This document shows positions 51,151 through 64,000 of a DNA stretch of 64,000 bases, piece after piece. A program made the translations under genes and the position numbers. Location of the stretch: contig NMRA01000352.1 of the NCBI GenBank assembly GCA_002633005.1, positions 162,905 through 226,904 on the forward strand, written 5' to 3'. This DNA comes from Phoronis australis (Eukaryota; Animalia; Phoronida). The notes under the pieces were generated by a model. The model did not search any database and was not told where the DNA came from. It saw only the letters and a program-made list of their open reading frames with translations. Within the stretch, counting starts at the first letter, position 1. Every line of letters starts with the position of its first letter.

Positions 51151-52368
51151 TTAATAATCGGACACGTGCTGCAAATGACCACAGCTATGGGGATGATGGT
51201 GATGACAAGAAACCATACAGCTGGGAATTACGACGTGATGATGATGATTATGATGATGATGACGATGGTGATGATTATTATGACAACAAAAATTCGCTTT
51301 GTCATGGAGATGACAGGTATCAGCACTACGTGGACAACAGATATTTGAATAACTTTGGACAGGAAGACATGTTTCACAGCCCAACCCTGGTGTCAATTCA
51401 CGAGGACAAACGTTGAGCAATCTTCTCACCAGGGCGGTGTGGTTGTGTTTATTTGGACAGTAATCGTCCGGTGAAATGCTATATGCATCATCATTAACAT
51501 CATCTGCCCAGTTCTCCTCGCCATCTAAGCAAGTGTCAACAGTTTTTGACAATAGTTTTGAGTGCTTTCGTTGGCTCGAACTGACATTCCTCTCTTTTTG
51601 CAGTTGCAAGCTTGACATCTCGTGTTCATCATCGGCGAAACTATTCAGAGCAAGAATATCATCAGCAGGATCTTGCCTAGTTTTAACACTGCGACTTCTA
51701 TCCAAGCGTTTTGATGGAACTTCAAATTCCTTGCGTTGCCGGGACTGCAAACTGACAACACGATTTGACATGTTCCTTTGCTTTTCAGAATTTTCTGACC
51801 AAGAAGACATTCCGCCGCTATCCTCTGAATCTAACTGATCTGTCTCGCTACTAAAAACCTTTCTTTGAGCATCCACACATGCTGCCATATTCATTGGAAC
51901 ACCTAACGGGTGTGACGCCGAGTAGCCATTGTTAGACCCAAGTTGCTGACGATTAACACGAGCCTGTGTTGGCCTACCCTTGTCACTTGTAGCCCTTAGA
52001 ACCCCATCCCAAGGGCGAGACCTCCCACGCTTTTGTTCAATGTACACTGGAGAAGACTTGTGTCTTCGTATCTTCTTTTCACCAGATACATCAAGCAAAC
52101 CATTATCGGCTTCGCACGACATTCTCCAATCATGGTGATGAAAATTTGTGTTTTTATTAGATCCTGATTTATCCCAATGTCCATTACGGGTGATAGAAGA
52201 TTTCTTCACAACTAGATATTCTCCGGAAGAGTAAGCTTTCATAATCTTTTTCCGGACATTTTTCGGTAGCCCGTTGACACATTCGCAACACAGAGGGCGC
52301 AGAACATTTTCCCCAGGGACAACTATGGGCAAGCACATTCTCTTCACTGAATTTTTCTTTGACAGCAA
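51151..52368 (-). CDS. Uncharacterised protein, ~400 aa, basic/Ser-rich with Cys/His-rich C-terminus (first ATG at 52338; may be a terminal exon)
   Basis: 1.2 kb without a stop in AT-rich DNA; minus-strand AATAAA at 51050-51055; no family recognised. Confidence 0.65.
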   Translation of the reverse strand: MLSKKNSVKRMCLPIVVPGENVLRPLCCECVNGLPKNVRKKIMKAYSSGEYLVVKKSSITRNGHWDKSGSNKNTNFHHHDWRMSCEADNGLLDVSGEKKIRRHKSSPVYIEQKRGRSRPWDGVLRATSDKGRPTQARVNRQQLGSNNGYSASHPLGVPMNMAACVDAQRKVFSSETDQLDSEDSGGMSSWSENSEKQRNMSNRVVSLQSRQRKEFEVPSKRLDRSRSVKTRQDPADDILALNSFADDEHEMSSLQLQKERNVSSSQRKHSKLLSKTVDTCLDGEENWADDVNDDAYSISPDDYCPNKHNHTALVRRLLNVCPRELTPGLGCETCLPVQSYSNICCPRSADTCHLHDKANFCCHNNHHHRHHHHNHHHHVVIPSCMVSCHHHHPHSCGHLQHVSDY

Positions 52369-53391
52369 TTTTCTACATGATATTAATTATTTCATGAAAG
52401 CAGAAAAGTCAAACGCCATACCACTCATGAATGAAGGAGAAAGCAAGGAACACGATAAATATGAAACAAAGTATGTCAGATTCTGTACAAACACCTTGGA
52501 GATATTCCAGACACTTCATGCCCCCTGCTGTAGTGCAGGCTATCTCAGTTTGACCACCTACATAACCACCACTGACTAGGCTTAAGTTATGACATCACAA
52601 ACAACAACGTCATCAATGACTCTACTATGCAAAATGCTGAAAATCCACAAAACTAACAGAATCTCCCTTGTTGAAGGGGAATGCTGCAGGGACATGAGGA
52701 CACCCACCAGTTCAGAGCAAGCAGCAGAAAAAGCCCACCCTATAGAAAGTCAACATATTATTAAAATTGTCAAAAATTTGGCAAAAGTTGTAAGATTAAA
52801 TGGACCTAGTTGCAGCATGTTGAACATTATGTAATAATTTGTAAGAATTGTACAAATCAAAGGTCAAAGAACAACCTAACAACAAAAATTGAGTTTCAAG
52901 GTGTTAAAAAGGTCAAACTTTAGCATTTTGAATTAAAGCAAATTTGATGACATCATTCAAAAGCCTAAAGAAATATTGCTTTTATTTTACCATGTTAGTT
53001 TTAGTATTAAATCTTCAGAATTTAAACAAGACAAAAAGGTGAAGTATGGTTAAGTTTCCTCAAATTCGAACAAAAAACAATGGTCAACATTGTACCCTAT
53101 TTCAAATGCTCATTATATTGTCAAAAATGTTCAAAATTTCATTGTGCGTACTAGTATGCTTCTGACAGCCTAACTACGTTTGACAAAATAAAGTTTTACC
53201 CTTCTACGGTATTGTGTTCTAATTTGAAGAAATTTTACCATATCTACATGATCCAATCAGGTAATCTAGGAAATTATTGCAAAATTCACATACTCAGCAT
53301 TGTACAAAATCATATCTTTATTTTTCACTGGTACCCATAACATTTCTATTACAGAACGAATTCACAGTTTATGACAAGTCGGAACTTGTTA

Positions 53392-53752
53392 CCGTATTGC
53401 CGCACTTTCGGGCCCATGCTCCTGTATCCAAATTAATCCCCTTTTTGTGACCTTTTTTGGTTTGCACATTGCCACAAGCGTTTAGGTTTCGCATGTAAGC
53501 CCTTGCATAGGCCCAGGTATTAATTACCATACAGGCGCACCCCTTTTGACTATCGCTGTGTATCCTAATGGAAATTTGGCAAATAATTTTGTATTAATGT
53601 TTGCTGCGCATTTAGCCCATGGGCCTATATCCTATACCTTTTTTACAATCTTTTTGACTCAAATGATTTGCATATTGGCACATGCGCTTATATTTCGAAT
53701 ATAAGCGCAGTTTCCCACAGATGCCCAGAGGCCTCACGTCGCGGCAATACGG
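53392..53752. mobile_element. Tc1/mariner-pogo-like MITE
   Basis: TIR (TA)CCGTATTGCCGC / GCGGCAATACGG(TG). Confidence 0.7.
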
Positions 53753-54597
53753 TGCATCTCAAAATTTTCAAAATGTCACAGGGAGCTTAGTCTCAACTGC
53801 CACAGCTGTTCTGCTTGTTTGGTGTGCTTTGCATGTACTACTAGTATACATGTACTTAATTCAACTTTATTTTGGTTTTGTCACATACACAAGACACAAT
53901 ATTTGTCAGTACAATGAAAAATTCCATAATTTTACGTTTCGTGAAAAAAGGAACCACCACTTGATGCAGCATAAAATAATTGTAAACCCAACAAAACACT
54001 GACACAAACTACGTGGCTCACATTGTGTCATAGAATTCTCAAAATGCCATAAAATTTAAGGCAAGCAAGTTATGCCACACAATATCACTGTGTCTTAAGG
54101 AAACCATTACTCTGCTCGGCTTGGCCAAGATAAAGGGACATCCTTGTGTTGCACAGATGTCAATTTTTAACTTATTGAAATTGATTTGTTTTTTGTGATA
54201 TGGAATGTGTAAGAAAAACCCTTCCAATGCAATATGGTGTAAAGTTATTTTTGTGCACTTCAAGTGTCAGAGAAGTTTCTCCTACTTCTGCAAATACACC
54301 CACATCATATGGGCCTATGGACGCTACGTGTCTGAACATAAAACGTGTCTAGTTTATCTGAGCCAAATATGCAAGTTACTTTGGGGCGATTCCTACTAAT
54401 TTCAATTACTCGGAACATGGAAAACCCGCATGTAGCAACACAGCTATGAATAGTACATGTACAACCCTATGGGCTTAAGTTGTTTTATCTCCCGGTTTAC
54501 ACTCAAATTGCTTCACCTTAAAATTTACATTACCAAGACTGAGTTGATTTAGATGCTGTGTCGCTTGTTGGAAGAATCCTGGGTAAAAGGCAGACAC

Positions 54598-55492
54598 ATA
54601 GGTCCCTGATATGAGAACCAGTTACTCCTCTTGAATAACCCGTTATTCAGTGGTAGTAACTGGTTCTCAAATCAATTTTAATTCAGGGACTCACCAACTA
54701 GTATCTGACTCACTGTCAAGAACTCTCTTTATAAAATGGTGGGTATTAAAATTGCTTTAGCGGCTTTCAATTATAATTTGTTAAGTCTTTTTTTATTCTG
54801 GGTATGTCACAATGACAATCACTGGTTCAGTTTTGTTTTGTGATAACATTGTGTTGGAGAGGGCACTGGTCGAACATAGAGGTCCCTGATTTAGAGAACC
54901 AGTTCCAACCACTATATAACAGCCCGTTATTCAGTGATTGCCTGGTTCTCTAAATCAGGGACCGCTATATCGGAATAATCCGACCAGTGCCCTTGGAGAC
55001 TATCAAAGGTTTATAACAGTCGTGTGAAATCGTGTGCACATAATAAACACAGGAACCAATACTAGTGTCTGCACATACACAAGTAAAACATTACTTCCCC
55101 CATCTGAGTTGAAATGATTCGATTACACCTTCACACTTGCGAGGTAGCCTACATGTCGACCAAGACTTAATTTATAATTCAGATCAAAACCATCTCCTCA
55201 ACAGGGTTCATCCTTACAACTAAACACTTCATATTTCAAAACCACAACACAGATGCATGTGTTTCATTCTAGGTTATTAATTACCAACATCTTGCTTGAA
55301 TAACGTTTGATAGTGGACCTTGATTTAGATAACCAGTTTCATTGAAACTTACAGAATACAAAATTTCAAAAAGAACAAAATAGGTCACCTTTGAATGACA
55401 AAAAGGTGCATGTTACAAGAACTTGGTGTAGGGTAGGGCTCCTACTATTTATTGGTTTGCCTGGTTCTGACCCACTATATCTGACCAGTGGT
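54598..55492. mobile_element. Cluster of three hairpin MITE copies (~54598-54700, 54860-54993, ~55310-55492)
   Basis: Best copy: agggcactggtcg...ggtccctgatttagagaaccag / ctggttctctaaatcagggacc...cgaccagtgccct. Confidence 0.7.
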
Positions 55493-55847
55493 CATTATTA
55501 TTTAGTGTAGGTGAACAACAGAAACGAAATCATAATCCGGCTAATCGCCGCTTTCCCACCAACAACAGTCAACACTAGGACCAGATCATCAGATGGCAGA
55601 TCGGATTACTACTGGCAGATTCCTACTTTTCAAGTTTGTACCCTTTAACTATATGTTAATCCAACAGGTGTACTATACTAGTGAGCCTGTTGCACTGCAG
55701 TAAGTCTAACTTCTGGTTTCGGCTGTCACGATTTCAGCTGTACGAATAAGAGAAGACAAATAACTGAAATTGAACATAACTTACCAATACCAATACAGAC
55801 GGCTTGTTTGAAAATGATTCATAATGAGAACTGCTGGGGTTGAACTA

Positions 55848-56239
55848 GGAATTCTGCTTAATCTCAAGATCGTGTAGGCGTGAACTTGAATAAGCGAGAA
55901 CAACTAGGCAGGTTCACTCAAATAATCTCGCTTACATTTACAAAAATTTGCAGTGCACAAAAGAAAATTACATGTTGAGAAAATAATTTGAATTTTGACC
56001 TATCTTTTGGCTTTTTTAATAATTAATTGGTGGTCTTATTCACCAAACAATGATTGATTAACCATTCACATATTTCTCCGCTTCTATGAAGCAAGTTGCG
56101 GTAAAAGAGAAAATGAGTGATAGCGAGGCCAATGATGAAAACTTCTATACACTGAACAAAACTTTTCACCTGACGGCTTTAATGAATATTTAATTTCAAG
56201 TTCACACACACGCGATCTTGAGATTACGCAAAGCTTCAA
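55848..56239. mobile_element. MITE with ~40-bp TIRs (gcttaatctcaagatcg..gtgaacttgaa)
   Basis: Right end ttcaagttcacacacacgcgatcttgagattacgca is the reverse complement of the left end. Confidence 0.8.
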
Positions 56240-56801
56240 ATTCAGGCACAAAAATTTTATGAGCCAACGCCACCTGTGCTTTCGCGGTACTCTCGACCAG
56301 CGACCCCTAGCGCGATGCTCGACTCATTCTCTGGTATTCGTGGAATGTTACACCTTTGACTTACGACAACTATGAGCATAATGACTAATGCAGTCTTCCC
56401 CACACGGTTATTACGTGAAATGTTATACCGGTTCTGAAACCTGTTTGCCTATAGTAGATCTAAAAGTGAGGTCTATAGACTAAGAGTGTTAGAGCATGCT
56501 AGTCAATATTGTTTGGGACAAGGCAAACGTGCCACGTACCCGGCGATGGTGAGGCCTACGTTACTATATGGGCTAACCCGATTATTTTGACGCGGTCGTG
56601 TTTACTGGGTGGCAACGGTTTGTATGTACAATGTGTCTCTATGCCAACCATCCTGATCTGTTCTCAAGATCAGTTCTTGGACCATTTTGTTCAAGAGATC
56701 GGGACATACATGTCATGGGCGGCGCGCAGCTCAGTGAAAAAAGTGGGGGCCCCTTAATTGTGGTGCACCGCCTATAGACCATGTGCGGCGTAGCACTGAA
56801 A

Positions 56802-56802
56802 N
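56802..56802. other. Assembly gap or ambiguous base (N) next to a G-run
   Basis: Single n inside a small element bounded by catgggcggc...gccgcccatg. Confidence 0.9.
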
Positions 56803-56850
56803 GGGGGGGGTTGCCGCCCATGTGTAACTATACAACTCGTAGTTCTTCAG

Positions 56851-56984
56851 CAGTGCTATCGCGCAGCCAACCACCTTTTGCATTTGAACGTAGCGCCTAG
56901 GCACCGTAAGTTACGTTCAGTGCTCAAGGTGATACGATGGACTTTGGGCGACTACTTACCTCTAATTTTATCACTACACCACCG
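56851..56984. mobile_element. Second copy of the 7789-7944 MITE
   Basis: Shares aagttacgttcagtgctcaagg...ctacttacctctaatttta; flanked by direct repeat tagttcttcag. Confidence 0.75.
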
Positions 56985-59900
56985 TAGTTCTTCAGTCCGG
57001 CACTAATTAGCAAACCAGTTAGAACTGGGTTGACTCACCAGCAGCTGTTGGTATTGACAGATATTCTTTTAAGGTTACATCGACAAGATTGTATATTTAG
57101 CTAACAAAACTAGCATTTTAACTCAACAAAGTACATATCTTATGAACAAAAGAAATTCCGTAGAGTTTGGTTTCAATTCCAATCTGCCATTAATATGTTC
57201 ACGTCACCATGGTTTTTAGCAAAATTTCGTAAAAAATCATGAAGTGTGCATCCTTCGTATGAATGTTCACGATAAAATCGCAAAACGCTGTACAGATTGA
57301 TGAATAGTTTTAGTTTTACCAACTTTTAAGTTTTCCATAAAAAATCAAATCAGTCCTATATTTTTGATAGCCCCTCATGCAAAAGTGCAACATTTTGAAT
57401 CCAGTAGCGGAAAATTTCACATGGATCCGATCAGCCATTTCTGAAATGCTCCAAGATTTGTCAAAAATTAAACACTTTTCTAGGGTCCAACATAAAGGTT
57501 TTTTCTTCAATACGGCTTCGCTGTGTCTTTTCCCCGATTGCCCCATTTCTTCCCAACCGTACGCCTGTGCCTGTGGTTACACTGAGTTTCAAAACATCGC
57601 CTACGAGTTATGAGGGGAGATGTGAAAGAATGCCTAATGATATTTGACACATACAGGCGCACACACAAGCATGCATCTCCAGAACAGACATCACATTTAA
57701 CACTAGCTACCACTTAAAAAACAAAAGAGCCAAAGAAGATGATCTTCTACAGAAAATTTCGTATTCAGTTTCCGAACTAGCTAAGCCATCCTTCTATTTC
57801 AAAATGCTAGAACATTTCTGGGTCATTAGCGGTAAACATGAAATATTCTCAATAAAACTTTTCATGTACACATCTTCCATGGCAAACTTTTTTTCTTCTT
57901 AAAGGACCTCTCACAGATTGGCAAGGCCAATGTACATGGTGTCCCAAAAGGAAATGGAAATCCACACGTCTTGAAAACAACGAACGTGGAAAACTCAAAA
58001 GAGCAGATCATCGCAACGAAATTCGCGAATATGTTGGCTGTCATGTCACCAAACTGTATACATAACCTGGCTCATGTAGTGTTCTAAATGAAACGCCATT
58101 TTGAAATTGGGGGTCATTTTAGACACGCTTTTTCATTAATTCATGGAAAGAACTAATGAAAACCATACCACATACGTGTGATTACGTTGTGGACGGACGC
58201 TTTTGAGCGCATGGGGAAGTTGCTGTAGGAACTTTATGCTATAGACCAAGTTCATGACTATCTATGAGCCCACACTAACGCGTGTGACGGACCACAGCAA
58301 ACGAGATGAGCAAATCTTACCACACAGTTTGGCGGTATAAGTTCAGCCGTGGACCAGATTCTCCACTGCGCCCGATCGTGTATGGTTACACCTTGCAGTG
58401 AAAGTACCAGGCGCTGTGAGCAATCAATGCCACGGTAGGCACGGGATTGGCAAACGAAAAACTCGATTTATCGCACAATACTACTTGAAATTCAAACTTC
58501 ACGGAAGACCAAAGATGAATGAACATTGCTTACATGCCTTTGAACAGCTTTTTAGAAACACACACAAAAAAAAAATAAATAAATAAAAAAGATAGGAAAA
58601 CATTGATACGCCGGGTGGGCGCTGTTTCAGTATTTTTCATTCTTTTAACGGTCAGTGAGCACATGACTTACAATGAGTAGAGATAGAACGTACAGAACCA
58701 ACTATGCCTTTTGCCCTAATCTTGCTCCTGGAAAAATTTACATAACTTTATTTGACGGAGAATTTCAAAGACCGCAACTCAGATAAGATGTTCGCTAGGC
58801 TCAATTTTGAAAACCAACCCACTATTCTACTTAATGTTCAGAGATTAAATGTTGCCGATTTGGTTTCATGCAATCATATCTATATTCATAAAATATGAAC
58901 AAATCTAGTACAAAATTAATCAATCCAGACAATTGTGTATAATAAATGTTTGAAGAAAAGAAATACTGTTTGATTGACTTAAACTATTTAATTACACTTC
59001 CCAGTGAAACAACACTTTCAATAGGACAACAAACAAAAATATCAAAATTAAGTTGTAAACTAAATACAAGTCATGTGCCTGCAGAACTCTAGGCCTAGCA
59101 TTCACAAGATTCTTGCCTACATTACATGAGTAAGGCAGCTGAGAATATTAAATAATAATAATAATAAATGGATTGGCTTACATCCAGAGAATCACAATCC
59201 AGCATGGTTTTACTCATGGTTGGTACATAAACCTTTGCGCCTAATAGGGGATATAGGTGCAGCTTCAAATACAAAATACAGACACCTGAGCCTACATATG
59301 CGCAACAGTACTCGAAACATTTGAACATTCTTTGAAGACAAACAGCAAGTCAATGACGTCAGTAAGTAATGTTCATTTTATGTACATCAGTGTGAAACAA
59401 CAATCGAAACAGTTGCACACCTGAACATACAAAATGTGACAGATTATGTACAAAACGGAGAGGTCTATGTACAGAAACTAAATGAACATCAAAGACTTCT
59501 CAAGGCACAAATGGCTCAATTTGACAATTGTATTCACAGTTTCGGTTCAAGCCACTTTAAAGTATCATACAGCCCTTTAAAGATCAAACTAATATAAAAT
59601 CAGAAACTTCAAACTTGAATCCATCACAACCACAGCTACTGAGGCAATTAATGAACTTTTTCCTCCAAGTTCTTCCATATAAGTAGGAATATGGTAAATA
59701 CTCAGACACATTAAACCGATACCAAACCCGGTTTTGGCCTATAAACAGATAATAAAAATGACTTTCCCATCCAGTTCTCTGAAACAAAATAATGCTTTGT
59801 CAGCCTCGACAACCCTCAATGGTTTGAAGGAAAATTTGAAAACTTGCTAAACGAGCAAGCGTGACCTACGCAGTTTAGTGATTTACATGGCAAAGGTCGG

Positions 59901-61621
59901 AAAAGAACACCCACCAAGGACAATAATGTCCAATCTGAGACATAGGGAGTACAAGTTTTTAGCTGATTCCTGCCTTTAACTTGGAAGATTGACGCAAATG
60001 AATCTTTAGCATGTGACAGAACGAGGATTGGTGGAAATGATCAAAACAGGGTTGGCATCTTTTTAAGCAACACACACATTAAAGGGATCAAAAGATACAA
60101 AACCACAATTTTCAAGCATGGCACCGCATGGAAATTTTACTTACAAGTCACCATTCTAACGTGTTTGTAAAAGCATTCATTGCAAGTTAAAAGTACACAG
60201 TGTATGTTATGAAAAATTTGACAATTTGTTTGCTGTGGCTGTAAAGTTAACATAAGAGTAGCAGAAAGTAACACCAACTAGATGCTCTGCTGATATATTC
60301 TTGTTCTCACTTCATGTGAAAAGTGATAGGTGGCCCTAGAAGTCTTTAATAGGTCATTAGTTCAATTCAGGTATCAACCATAATTATACATTGAAACATC
60401 AGACCATAAACATCAGAACTGTAAAACAGGACAGCGCACAACAGCAAAATCCTCGAAAGTTTTGTTCTGAACATGACGGCCAGCCTATCAGCTCAAAGAA
60501 GAATATTCAAATGAATGCAGGATTCACCTACAGGGGTCCTGCACTTTGAGAATAACAGGCTTATAATTGGTTCTCAATATCTGTGACCCCTACAAGTGAC
60601 TATTGCCCTGATGAACACCACACTCAAATTGTGAGAAAACCTGTCAATGATCTCTCTTTCATGAGTAAACATAACTTGCTACTGGTGTTAAAGGTACATT
60701 ATTCTATAATTTTGCACCTAAATTTTTGGAATGATCATTTGTGCCAACTTTGAACGCCGTGAAATAGAGTGTGATCAATTGGCTAATTTCCATTTTCGCC
60801 AATTCTTCAATGAGGTGTCATCCTTCCTGGAGGTGGTGTGCAGTACATTGCAAATTACGAGAAGCAGTTTCAGTTCTGTGAAAGTCTTTGGTATTTTTTA
60901 CCTTCAATTCAAATGTCTAAGAAGTTTGCTTTACCTCCAGATTTCTAGCAATTTCAAAAAAACAAAAAATAAACGGTGAGCGATAAGAACCAGCGAGCCA
61001 TACAAGAGTACCATTTAGAAGTTGAAGACAGATTTTTCATTGATTCAGAAACCGGAAAGTGATGTCAGTACATGACACGGAATGTTTCTTTTAAAATCCA
61101 AAACCGTTGCTTTGGTTCATGTTTGGGAGGAATCCTTTGATTTGTTTCGTTATGTCAAGCTCATTAAAATGATGAACAGAACGAAGTTGGATAATTGAGT
61201 TGACAGAAAGATTCAAGACTGAAAACGTGGATTTATTTCAGTTTTTGCACTTTGAACTTTGACCTTGTCCTAATTAGCTTAGCTTTGAACATTCAAAACT
61301 GACAGGTAGGTTTCACTAGCTTAAAGCCAATTTTCAAAAAACGCTTCGGCAGTCTGGCTGTGAGATGACTGCCAATAAGAGTTTTCTGTGAACTGAAAAT
61401 GCAGATATTCCTTGCTTCGTCAATTTTTAAACCAGGGCAATTCCTAGTTATATCTTGATGTTTAGTCATCTACAGCTACCACCCATCAAGCTGCTAGAAA
61501 TTTGAAGTAAGAGCATAATGACCTACTGCCAAGAATTCAAATTTAGTTATTTTAGAGCACCAAAAGATCTTTTTGCAAAAAGGTTGGGGAGTGCCAGACG
61601 GAGGTCTGCTAGCTGCGTCAT

Positions 61622-63563
61622 TTAGGGCTTGCCAATTGGCAGTGTGTACGACATGGCATCAGCTGTGGCACCCCACTGTATCCTGTGTGTGAGGAATACA
61701 GCCAGCCAAGCACAGAACACAGCAGTCCATATAACAGCACCAGCGAAGGAGTACATCCAATCTGCAACAGAATGAATATCCAAATGTGCTAGATCATAAA
61801 GTCAAAGTGAACACAAAATTAGAATCACATCTCCTAATTACTTACAGTAGGCCTACAAGATAAAAGGATTCAGACAAAATAATGTTTCCTGTCATGACCA
61901 CTAATTTGCATCACAGCAAAATTGACTGGCAAAAATGATTATGAGGACAAAACTATAGTAACAAAATGGCTTAGCCAATTACTGGCTTTAACTTCTCGTG
62001 ACGATGAATTTGGCTACTACCCAGCTGCCATGACTTGGAATTCTGGGTTATTTTGTCTAAGATATTTTTGATGTGTGGAGGATATTTATTACGTAAACCA
62101 CAACTACGGAACGAACATCAGTGTGATGTTTTTTAAAAACATACAAGTGCATACAAAAGACAAATATGAAATTTCGACTATCGTCAGCTAGAACACATTA
62201 AAAATATGTTGAGACAGAACCAAACAGGCCTTTTCACAAGAGCTGAAAGAAAGGTCTCTTTGTCAGAATTTAAAATGTTAGCTGTCATGGATTGTGCCAA
62301 GAACAAGAATTATGTGGGTAATGTAAAGTTAGTTCTCAAAGTCATGTACGTTTATGAAGACCAATGAAAGTCTCGAGATGAGACCGAGAGACTGAAAGTT
62401 AAAGTTCAAAAACTTACATGACTCCGATAGGTAACTTTCGATTACCCATATTCTAACGCAGTCGGTGATATGAACATTCATTCTATTAACAATCATATGG
62501 TTGACTTATTAAATGGAGCCCTCCTTGACAGAGCAGCAGTGGATCACAAAAAAGTAGGGAAGCTAAAGCAGAGGCCTAACGCTATGAATAGATATGAAAG
62601 TGGTCTCTAACTCAGTCTGGTGTACAGCGCAAGGTTTTCCAGGCCACATGTCAGGAAAACTCAACATCACTGAGCAAAATGTCGGCCAAAGGGCACTGAA
62701 ATAATTTGAGCTAACTTTTGCCTAATTTCTCGCAGGAAAACTAAAAAGAGCCATGGTTAATGGTTTCCTTGAAGGAGAGACAGATGCAAAAAACAGTGTG
62801 CCACTAGGGGGCACAGCATTCTCCCACTCCGTTTCAAGCAAATTCTGTTCAATCCTTCCTATGAACACATTTGCCAAATTCTATGAAGATCCATTGATCA
62901 CAGAACTCAGCAGGTACTGAAGTACAAGAAAACTAAACGTGCCACAAGGAGGCGCTATACTAGTCAGATCCATCCACAAATCAATGCCAGCCATGCTCTC
63001 CTCAACAGAAACACATAACCCCAAGCTTCATGTGGACCCAATAAGGAACATGGTAGGTAGTAGCATAAAATCAAGCAAAAAAAAACTGCCACTGACTAGA
63101 GGCACCACAGTTGACAGATTTGTCTGAAAATGGATAGCAGCCAATAAAAACACAGCTCCCACCTTTCATGGTTCTTCAAACAATTTTGTGGATATGAAGC
63201 TGGATGGCAAAAAATAGACACAAAAGTAATAAAAAACAGCAACCAGGGAGATCACACCCACCCAAAACTTTTAACAGACTTCATTGCCTCCTTGATTGAA
63301 ACTCGTTTAATTTTGGATTTCAAGGACATGCCTAACTCAAAATAGAATCCAAAGACCATAAAATGGTTAAAAGGTGCACGGCTTGGATTGAACTCACATT
63401 TCTTAATCTGTAACTGCTGCTCAAATGCAGGTTTCCTGAAGGCTTCGTTGAAAAACCACACACAGTTAATGACCCACATAAAAGGGAGAAGCGCACAGCC
63501 TCCAAGGAAATACTTCCTGCATAGATCCAGTTTGTCCTCATCTTTAACCTTGCGCAGATCCAT
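61622..63563 (-). CDS. PSENEN: Gamma-secretase subunit PEN-2, 101 aa; join 63563-63398, 61761-61622
   Basis: [55 protein letters not shown]|[12 protein letters not shown]...[20 protein letters not shown]; 306 nt, phase-1 intron, GCCATGG start. Confidence 0.97.
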
Positions 63564-63623
63564 GGCTACCTGTTACATTGTAAACATGAACAAATTCAAG
63601 TGACATTGTTGCACATGATCTTA

Positions 63624-64000
63624 GAATCCTGCTTAATCTCAAGATCGTGTATCCCTGAACTTGGAATTGAGTATTCATAAAGGCAGTAGATTGAATTTTT
63701 TTGTACAGAGTAAAGAATGTTTGTGATTATTGGCCTCACGATCACCCATTTGCTCCTTTATCGTAACTTGTGTCGTAGAACTGAAAGGATCTGTGACTGG
63801 TTAACTCGAATATCGCTTGGTGAATAAGATCGCCAATAGTTGAAAAAAAGTTGGCGAAAATTTCTAATATTTTACTAAAATGTAATTGCATTTAGTGCAG
63901 GGCAAATTTTCATCAACGTGAATGTGATTTTATCAACACGAACGTGATTTGATTGACCTTGTCAAGTTTGCTCGTGTATTCCAAGTTCTCGTATATGTGA
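63624..64000. mobile_element. Second copy of the 55848 MITE family, cut by the window end
   Basis: ctgcttaatctcaagatcgtgta...tgaacttggaatt at left; ttccaagttc near 63980. Confidence 0.75.

Noticed and set aside
55785-55822. ATG-initiated coding exon spliced onto the 405-aa ORF
   Set aside because: Joining TG to the acceptor at 52372 creates TGA, so it could only be a 5' UTR exon with a uORF.
60691-61524. Second Kolobok-like element
   Set aside because: Left end TTAA-AGGTACATTAT is suggestive but the right end is degenerate and lacks TTAA.

Overview
AT-rich, intron-containing eukaryotic DNA, most likely from a highly heterozygous marine invertebrate (inferred from repeat content, not proven). 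Three spliced genes were reconstructed by hand, all on the minus strand with GT-AG sites and compatible phases: DNAJC5/cysteine string protein (228 aa), a CRP/muscle-LIM protein with four LIM+Gly-rich modules (408 aa) and PSENEN/PEN-2 (101 aa). There is also an intronless ~400-codon Cys/His-rich ORF I cannot assign. A 6-7.5 kb direct duplication on either side of a single-N gap (21742) probably represents two haplotypes assembled in tandem. Non-autonomous DNA transposons are abundant (Kolobok with a THAP remnant, hAT-like, pogo-like and hairpin MITEs). The most unusual structure is a ~175-bp tandem array just upstream of DNAJC5: each unit carries 17-bp inverted arms around a 7-8 bp asymmetric core, and the core orientation alternates from unit to unit. 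Other notable points are a recursive-splice-type AG|GTAAGC junction at the LIM gene start exon, and near-identical LIM exons inside unrelated introns. Most short ORFs in the supplied track are spurious.
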